A stretch of 46,862 bases of DNA. Origin: a virus (taxonomy: Duplodnaviria; Heunggongvirae; Uroviricota; Caudoviricetes). Position numbers and translations under genes: made by a program. Below the pieces are notes generated by a model that worked only from the letters and a program-made list of their open reading frames with translations, was not told the DNA's origin and made no database searches. Positions 40,913 to 46,862 of the stretch are shown here, piece by piece; positions within the stretch are counted from its first letter, which is position 1, and each line of letters opens with the position of its first letter. The stretch is from positions 128,001 to 174,862 of the IMG/VR virus record IMGVR_UViG_3300012007_000008. The stretch is one strand, 5' to 3'.

Positions 40913-42093
40913 TGTATGGAACAACGACCACAACGTATGAAACAACGAAAACAAATTATTACAACTGGGCGTATAAGCCGAAATGCGACTATTGTAACCA
41001 GCCAGTGGATAAGATGAGTCTGATCAAAGTGGACGGAGCAGATATTTGCCCTGATTGCTATGAAAAAACTGGGGGAGCAAGAAACACAGGTGTCCCAGGA
41101 TATGAGGACTTTGAAAAGATCCTTAAGTTGAGCCAGCCGAAACTCAAGAGATATCTGAAGAAGAGATTGAGAAGGATGGGGTATGATCCTGTTCTCGAAG
41201 ACGGGTATTTGTACGCGAAAGGGGAAGTCCCGGTTCTTCTTATCGCGCATCTTGACACGGTTCATGAACAAGAACCGGAAACTATAAATACTACAGATGG
41301 AGTAGTCTGGAGCCCACAGGGGATAGGAGGTGATGATAGATGCGGAGTATATGCTATTCTGAGGATCGTTAAAGAACAGAAATGCTCAGTGTTATTCTGC
41401 GAAGACGAGGAGATCGGTTGTGTTGGGGCCGGGAAGTTCGCGGAGACGGCTTTATGTAAAGAAGCAGCGAAAGACATCAACTTCATGGTTGAGATCGATC
41501 GTAAAGGAAATAATGATCTGGTCTTTTACTCAAATGGGAATACGGCATTTAAGAACTGGTGTGAAAAGGTAACTGGATACACAACGAGCTGGGGCACTTG
41601 TTCCGATATTTCGAAGCTGATGCCCGCCATGAACAGGGCTGGAGTGAATATTTCAGCTGGTTACTACGACGAACATACGTTAAGTCACACGATTGTTCTA
41701 TCAGATCTGGAAAAAACGATAGAGGCCGTTACGAAGCTTGCGACTGAAGAGATTTCGACTGGCCCGTTCCATTATATCGCGAGTTACAGCTATGGATACG
41801 GTAGACAATATGGTAAATGGGATGACTACTATGATGACTACGATGGTTATTCCTATGGCGCAAGCTCCTATTATGGGTCAAATAAGAAAGAAGAAAAAAC
41901 GGACGACGTGAGTAAATACGGTATCAACCCTGATCTTGATGTAAAAGGCAAAAAGATCATGTGGTACACGACGGACGGAAGCATAATGACGACTACGGTG
42001 TACGGGATTACGGAAGCATCTATTTTCGGCAACTTTTTCCTCACGCATCCTAAGGTCTGCTATGAGGATATTTTTAGTTTTGAAGAAGTTTAA
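40912..42093 (+). CDS. M20/M28-like zinc peptidase, paralog 2 (393 aa)
   Basis: AHLDTVH, GGDDRCG, DEEIG, EIDRKG and DEHT motifs; TGATG coupling to the upstream gene. Confidence 0.8.
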   Translation: MYGTTTTTYETTKTNYYNWAYKPKCDYCNQPVDKMSLIKVDGADICPDCYEKTGGARNTGVPGYEDFEKILKLSQPKLKRYLKKRLRRMGYDPVLEDGYLYAKGEVPVLLIAHLDTVHEQEPETINTTDGVVWSPQGIGGDDRCGVYAILRIVKEQKCSVLFCEDEEIGCVGAGKFAETALCKEAAKDINFMVEIDRKGNNDLVFYSNGNTAFKNWCEKVTGYTTSWGTCSDISKLMPAMNRAGVNISAGYYDEHTLSHTIVLSDLEKTIEAVTKLATEEISTGPFHYIASYSYGYGRQYGKWDDYYDDYDGYSYGASSYYGSNKKEEKTDDVSKYGINPDLDVKGKKIMWYTTDGSIMTTTVYGITEASIFGNFFLTHPKVCYEDIFSFEEV

Positions 42094-42108
42094 GAGAGGA
42101 GATGGAAG

Positions 42109-42375
42109 ATGAAGAAACAGAGGCTTTCAGAGATCGCAAAGGAAATGGCGAGAGCGTTTTATTATGAGTTCGGAGACTTCTGCGGCGACGTATTCACGAG
42201 TCTGTGTCTGGATCAGGAAGAACAGGAATTTTTCGGAATCTTCCTGGATGATGATGGCAGATGGGTTACGCGACCAGAAGGCGCTTTCCCGTTGGCCGAC
42301 GACTACTCGGAAGAGAGCGACGCATACACGAATGTGGACAGAGAGGTGAGATATGGAGCGAAGTATTCGGCCTAA
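42109..42375 (+). CDS. Hypothetical protein (88 aa)
   Basis: GAGGAG RBS. Confidence 0.6.
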   Translation: MKKQRLSEIAKEMARAFYYEFGDFCGDVFTSLCLDQEEQEFFGIFLDDDGRWVTRPEGAFPLADDYSEESDAYTNVDREVRYGAKYSA

Positions 42376-42631
42376 AGTGATGTATGCCGGGTGTTACGGG
42401 AAGTGGCACGACATAAGAAAACGCCCTTACACATCTTTTGAGGAGGCTCGGATTGCTGTTGTAAATCTCGGAAAGAGATTCAACTGTAAAACGATCCTCC
42501 ATGTGGGGGATGTATCTATTGAAATAACTACAACTCCAGAAGCGGACGAAGACATGAAGATAATTGATGTCAAGTATCTGGAGAGAATAGGTGATAAATA
42601 TTTTGTGGTAGAAAAATAGGAAAGGAGATGA
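42353..42631 (+). CDS. Hypothetical protein (88 aa to TAG, 92 aa to TGA)
   Basis: GAGGTG RBS; TAG 42617-42619 is followed in frame by GAA AGG AGA TGA overlapping the next ATG. Confidence 0.6.
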
Positions 42632-43002
42632 TGGAAGTGTGTAACCGAAGACATACCAGCCCGAGAAAGGTATCTTATCGTTCGGCAAAGGCGCTGCGAG
42701 ATCTTGACCTCGCAATGAAGAGAGATAATACAATAGACATCAGTGATTTCTGCAAAGATCACGGAATTAAGGCGAGTCGCAGTGGCGACTCTTTTTATTT
42801 CCAGATAGGAGGTGTTAAGTACAGATTCAGCAACCATTCGAAGGGATATTCAAACCTGTGTGCTTACGATTCATACGGAAGAAAAAGAAGGAGGCTGTAT
42901 CACACAAAGGACGATGCTACTGTTGATATAATCGGAGATTCATGTGATCTTCCGAAGGTCTATAAGAAGTTGAGCGAAAGATTGAGCGAGAGGCTCGCGT
43001 AA
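42628..43002 (+). CDS. Hypothetical protein (124 aa)
   Basis: AAGGAG RBS; DSFYF...YRFSNH. Confidence 0.65.
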   Translation: MMEVCNRRHTSPRKVSYRSAKALRDLDLAMKRDNTIDISDFCKDHGIKASRSGDSFYFQIGGVKYRFSNHSKGYSNLCAYDSYGRKRRRLYHTKDDATVDIIGDSCDLPKVYKKLSERLSERLA

Positions 43003-43019
43003 GGAAAGGAGACCGGACA

Positions 43020-43613
43020 ATGGCTATTAATGATGTTATTAGTGTAAGCGAGAACGATCCTAGATATTCGTACTTGACAGATTTGATTTCAAACGCAGAC
43101 GATGACAAACTTACAATCATAGCAAGGAGTGAAAAGAATCGAAAGGACAAGAAGATTCCGCCACTCTCCGTAATTAACGATATTTACTTCTATGTGGCCT
43201 ATGAGTTAGATGAAGCGACGGCTTTTATTGGGGCACCGACCAATGCTCAGATTATCCTGGCAAAGGAGAATTTTGAGAGAAAAGTAGTCCTCATGACGAT
43301 GGACGCAATAGACTCTATATCTCCAATCGAGGACTTTCGGGATACGAATAGCTTTATGATTATCGCGACAACTACAGATAAAAGAAACGGAGCCAGTATT
43401 CTGTATTTTCCGGACATTCTTTTGCGGATTAAAAGCAAGATCGGCCGATATAGAATTTTGCCGAGTTCCATTCATGAGATCATCCTCGTGCCTGAAAAGG
43501 CGGGAATCGAGGCAAGTAAATTAGATATGTTGGTAAGTCAAGTCAATCGTTATTCCGTCACTGAAAATGAATATCTTGCGGATCGATCCTTCGCATTGGA
43601 GGAATGGATCTAA
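43020..43613 (+). CDS. DUF5688-like protein (197 aa)
   Basis: NGASIL.F...ILPSSIHEIILVP...VNR..V...EYL motif. Confidence 0.7.
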   Translation: MAINDVISVSENDPRYSYLTDLISNADDDKLTIIARSEKNRKDKKIPPLSVINDIYFYVAYELDEATAFIGAPTNAQIILAKENFERKVVLMTMDAIDSISPIEDFRDTNSFMIIATTTDKRNGASILYFPDILLRIKSKIGRYRILPSSIHEIILVPEKAGIEASKLDMLVSQVNRYSVTENEYLADRSFALEEWI

Positions 43614-43690
43614 AGAACGAGCCTCTCTTCTTTCTTAGGAGGGAGGCTTCTTTATACCTATTTTTCAGAAGAACTAAGAAAGGAGATACT

Positions 43691-43972
43691 ATGAGATTCT
43701 TTGAAACAGTAAATCACAGGATAAAAGACGAAGATCAGATTGAAGAAATTCTGTATCTGATCACTGGAGAGCATTATACCGATGAGATGTTTGACCGTCA
43801 GAGAGAAACACTTATTCCCGGAATTAAAGAAGAAGTATCCCCGATTGATTGGGAAAGATTTGTAACCACAGATAGAGTCGGAGCGATGAGGTTATATAGA
43901 AGTCTGACTAATTGCAGTCTTATAGAAGCGAAAGAAAAGGTCTACGAAAGGAGTGAGTATGCAAGTAGGTGA
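43691..43972 (+). CDS. Small protein with L7/L12 C-terminal-like motif (93 aa)
   Basis: AAGGAG RBS; AMRLYRSLTNCSLIEAKEKV. Confidence 0.55.
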   Translation: MRFFETVNHRIKDEDQIEEILYLITGEHYTDEMFDRQRETLIPGIKEEVSPIDWERFVTTDRVGAMRLYRSLTNCSLIEAKEKVYERSEYASR

Positions 43973-44162
43973 TATTGTATCATTCTGGAACAATATGGAA
44001 GAGGCATATTGTATGGGTGTTGTAATGGAAATTAAAGATAAAACGATTACTGTTCAGGATATCGAATATGAGCAATACGATCTTCCGGCGGATAAAGTAA
44101 GACATGCGGACGACGATGACATGTTGGAAGAACTGAGATGTCTGTACGGTTTTTACCACTAA
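43959..44162 (+). CDS. Small SH3-like beta protein (67 aa)
   Basis: AAGGAG RBS; MQVGDIV...GVVMEI. Confidence 0.55.
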   Translation: MQVGDIVSFWNNMEEAYCMGVVMEIKDKTITVQDIEYEQYDLPADKVRHADDDDMLEELRCLYGFYH

Positions 44163-44195
44163 TAAAATAGATGATTTATTAGAGGAGGTGATCTG

Positions 44196-44513
44196 ATGGC
44201 AACGGAAGAAAAGATGACTTTCGTAGATATCTACGCCGACACAACCGGACAATATTCGGAAGACGAAGTCCTCCGTTGTAACTGTGTATGCGTTCAGATT
44301 CCTGAGCGGATTGTTCGCCTCTGGTACGAAGAGAATTTCGGACAAGAAGAGAAATTATATTTCTGCGGGGATCCGTTTGAGAACACTTTCGGAACGTGGC
44401 TCAAAGAAGTATACACCTGTGACGACACAGACGGTCTGTATCAGTTCTCAGTGGAACATGGTTATTGTCCGATCTGCGGTCGCAAGTGTGATGGCTGGAT
44501 CTGGTACGAGTAA
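44196..44513 (+). CDS. Hypothetical protein (105 aa)
   Basis: GGAGGTG RBS. Confidence 0.65.
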   Translation: MATEEKMTFVDIYADTTGQYSEDEVLRCNCVCVQIPERIVRLWYEENFGQEEKLYFCGDPFENTFGTWLKEVYTCDDTDGLYQFSVEHGYCPICGRKCDGWIWYE

Positions 44514-44532
44514 GAGAAAGGAGGCTTAGGAT

Positions 44533-44841
44533 ATGGTATACAGAAAAGAAATTAGAATTACAAAGAAACTTGCTGACGAAATTAACCATCTTCTTACCGT
44601 GGTTGATAAGAATTTTGGTGACGATTCAACTATTTCTGTGACTGCGATATTTGATAATGGTTCTGAAATGGATATTAAATGTTGCGGATCCAACGAAGAA
44701 CCGGCATGGACAGAAGCCGTTTTATTCCATAACGGAAGCGAGGTTTGCTGCTCAGATCCATCAGATGAATTTGTCGGAGAATGGGAATTAAGAAATGATG
44801 AGGATATATATATCGTAAACGTGACGGTCGAGAATAGCTAA
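44533..44841 (+). CDS. Hypothetical protein (102 aa)
   Basis: AAGGAGG RBS. Confidence 0.7.
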   Translation: MVYRKEIRITKKLADEINHLLTVVDKNFGDDSTISVTAIFDNGSEMDIKCCGSNEEPAWTEAVLFHNGSEVCCSDPSDEFVGEWELRNDEDIYIVNVTVENS

Positions 44842-44860
44842 ATTGAGGGAGATACAAGAT

Positions 44861-45052
44861 ATGACAATCTATTTGGTTTGGTGTGGCAACGATGAGATAA
44901 ATGATATGCTCGTTGGAGTCGCAGACACAAGAGAACAGGCAGAAAAAATGAAAGAGCAATTGGAAAAGGTTTTTGAAGATGCATACGAATATCGTATTCA
45001 GTCTTGGATAAAAAATCAGGTAACGATTAATGATATTCAGTATAGGTATTAA
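44861..45052 (+). CDS. Small hypothetical protein (63 aa)
   Basis: GGGAG RBS before MTIYLV. Confidence 0.55.
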   Translation: MTIYLVWCGNDEINDMLVGVADTREQAEKMKEQLEKVFEDAYEYRIQSWIKNQVTINDIQYRY

Positions 45053-45064
45053 TAAAACGGTTAT

Positions 45065-45310
45065 TTGAAGGGAGATAAAATATTGAATAGCGTAAATCTT
45101 TTTACACTCGACGAACTTGGTTATATGGCTATTCCCACAAGTGCAGTATATGAAAAGGTATCATATCAGGAAGCGTTAATTCAGACAGAGAACGTAATGA
45201 GAAGAGTGTTTGCTATGTATGATTCAACATATCTCGATGAAGATGATTTACTTGATTTTGCAAAGGAAAGAGATATGAAATTTGATAAGAATGGAAATAT
45301 TATGTGCTAA
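45065..45310 (+). CDS. Small hypothetical protein (start uncertain)
   Basis: Co-oriented ORF. Confidence 0.55.
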   Translation: MKGDKILNSVNLFTLDELGYMAIPTSAVYEKVSYQEALIQTENVMRRVFAMYDSTYLDEDDLLDFAKERDMKFDKNGNIMC

Positions 45311-45340
45311 ATAAAAAACAGCTTTTATAGGAGGAAAGAG

Positions 45341-45601
45341 ATGATTATTGTAGGAAGACACATTAACGGAATCACGTTAAATGATCTTGAGTATCTTCTG
45401 GATGAAGACGGTGATGTAATGGAATTCGATAATAAAGAAGAAGCTGTTGAGTTTCTTAAGAACGCTGGGTTTTCCGATGATGATATTGAGTGGTTTGTAT
45501 TTTTAGAGAAGTGCCCTGTATGTGGTGAATATGTAAATGAGGGTGAGTTAGCATGGTTAGGAAATGTTCTGTGTTGTAATAGTTGTGCGGCATTGATATA
45601 A
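45341..45601 (+). CDS. Small protein with C-terminal Zn ribbon (86 aa)
   Basis: AGGAGG RBS; CPVC...CNSC. Confidence 0.65.
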   Translation: MIIVGRHINGITLNDLEYLLDEDGDVMEFDNKEEAVEFLKNAGFSDDDIEWFVFLEKCPVCGEYVNEGELAWLGNVLCCNSCAALI

Positions 45602-45630
45602 AAATTATCTTTGATGAAGGGAGAAATACT

Positions 45631-46011
45631 ATGATTAAAATTAAATACGAAAGATACCATAACGATTACAATAGAAAGATTGAAGAGAAAACATTTTACG
45701 ATCTTAAGAAGGTTGCGGACTGGTTATTCAACAATGTAAGTGGGAATTACAAAGACAAAATGTTTTTCATTGATCCGGATAGTAGATTGCCCTATTTGGG
45801 TGACAAGTTAAGACTCGATAGTTCATGTATTAGTACGAGATATGATGTTTCTGGTTATGAAACTTTGGTGCTTCTGATCGAAAAAGATGGGGCGATTATT
45901 TATTCAACTGGCAGATTTACAAATGGAATTTCGTACTGGAACGAAGAAGTTAAACAGTGGCTGCGTGATTGTCGTGAAAGGCAGTTACATCCAGTGTTTA
46001 ATTTCGGTTAA
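45631..46011 (+). CDS. Hypothetical protein (126 aa)
   Basis: GGGAG RBS before MIKIKY. Confidence 0.65.
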   Translation: MIKIKYERYHNDYNRKIEEKTFYDLKKVADWLFNNVSGNYKDKMFFIDPDSRLPYLGDKLRLDSSCISTRYDVSGYETLVLLIEKDGAIIYSTGRFTNGISYWNEEVKQWLRDCRERQLHPVFNFG

Positions 46012-46056
46012 GAAAAATCAAGTTTTATGATGCGTAAGAGAAAGGAGAACAACGAC

Positions 46057-46272
46057 ATGAAAGAGATTTGGATAAGGGTCGGAATGACTGTCAAGGTAAC
46101 AGAAAGCCAGTATGAAGAACTCAGAAAGGCATCCTTAGATAAGGAAGCTAGTGAGGCGTATGGATATTCCATATATAGAGATCTTGACGACTTCCCGGAT
46201 TGGTTTGAGAAGAAGATCGAAGAGGAGGCGGAAATTGACGGCGATTCATATATACCGAGTGAGTGTTGGTGA
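46057..46272 (+). CDS. Small hypothetical protein (71 aa)
   Basis: AAGGAG RBS before MKEIWIRV. Confidence 0.6.
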   Translation: MKEIWIRVGMTVKVTESQYEELRKASLDKEASEAYGYSIYRDLDDFPDWFEKKIEEEAEIDGDSYIPSECW

Positions 46273-46305
46273 TAAGAAACAAAATTAACGAAAGGAGAAA
46301 CGTAC

Positions 46306-46785
46306 ATGGCAAGCGAAATTAGAAACGAATTTGTCTGGGAGATGGACGAGAATAGGTGGAAAAAGTTCGCGGATGCTTTGAATCGCGGAGCTTATAAGAC
46401 GGCTCAAAAAGTAGGAGAATGCCTCGGTTATTGTCGGATCGGTGATCTGTGCTTCGATGTAAGAGCCTGGAACGGAGGTGAATGGGCTGGCTGGGGCTTC
46501 GAATTGTACTGCGGAGGTGTAGACACCGGCTACGGATACTCCGCGGAGGATGCGTTTAAGAAGAAAGAGTATAAAGATAAATGGGATGTGCCAGATGAAG
46601 AGTTATATCCCTATGATGAGGTTGAATACGGAGAATTCTCTGATTCAATGGCTGGATACACGATGAAGGAATTTCAGAAAAGAGCGGAAGAGGCATTCAG
46701 AGATTTAATCATCTATAAACGTGATAGTTATCTGGACCTGGCAGATCTCGTAGAGAAAGCAAACGAGCCGCTTCATGTATGGTAA
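46306..46785 (+). CDS. Hypothetical protein (159 aa)
   Basis: AAGGAG RBS; uninterrupted ORF. Confidence 0.7.
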   Translation: MASEIRNEFVWEMDENRWKKFADALNRGAYKTAQKVGECLGYCRIGDLCFDVRAWNGGEWAGWGFELYCGGVDTGYGYSAEDAFKKKEYKDKWDVPDEELYPYDEVEYGEFSDSMAGYTMKEFQKRAEEAFRDLIIYKRDSYLDLADLVEKANEPLHVW

Positions 46786-46862
46786 GAATGGAGAAGGGAG
46801 GATGGTGATTAGATGGATGAAGAACGCTTCAAGCGTGAATGCGAAGAAGTCAAACGGCTTGG

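Noticed and set aside
43648-43673. Fourth copy of the bipartite promoter motif on the plus strand
   Set aside because: TTTTCAGAAG is present but the upstream box is TTCTT and the tail differs; it also follows a terminator-like hairpin, so it is too weak to call

Overview
A 46.9-kb piece of a tailed-phage genome with SPbeta-like gene order. The host is probably a Firmicute (inferred from GGAGG ribosome-binding sites). The left arm (1-26.6 kb, minus strand) holds the head and packaging module: major capsid, protease/scaffold, portal, and a terminase interrupted by a group I intron with a LAGLIDADG endonuclease. It also holds HU, a YonJ-like phosphoesterase, ClpP, a YonO-like single-subunit RNA polymerase, PhoH, four tRNAs and an RNA ligase/kinase-HD repair pair. 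The right arm (27.6-46.8 kb, plus strand) is a run of putative early genes, including three paralogous large unknown proteins interleaved with two M28-like peptidases. The main result is that the fragmented left-arm ORFs are intact genes in an alternative genetic code. About 64 in-frame TAG codons (manual count) interrupt them, and a CUA-anticodon suppressor tRNA is encoded at 13111-13183. TAG falls where glutamate is required or expected (terminase Walker B IFD*CG, HU GEKI*V, internal repeats of the intron endonuclease), and the suppressor has a tRNA-Glu-like body. This points to TAG=Glu rather than the TAG=Gln (code 15) known from recoded gut phages. Early genes essentially avoid TAG, so the code may gate late gene expression. 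All family assignments come from motifs and gene order; no database search was run.
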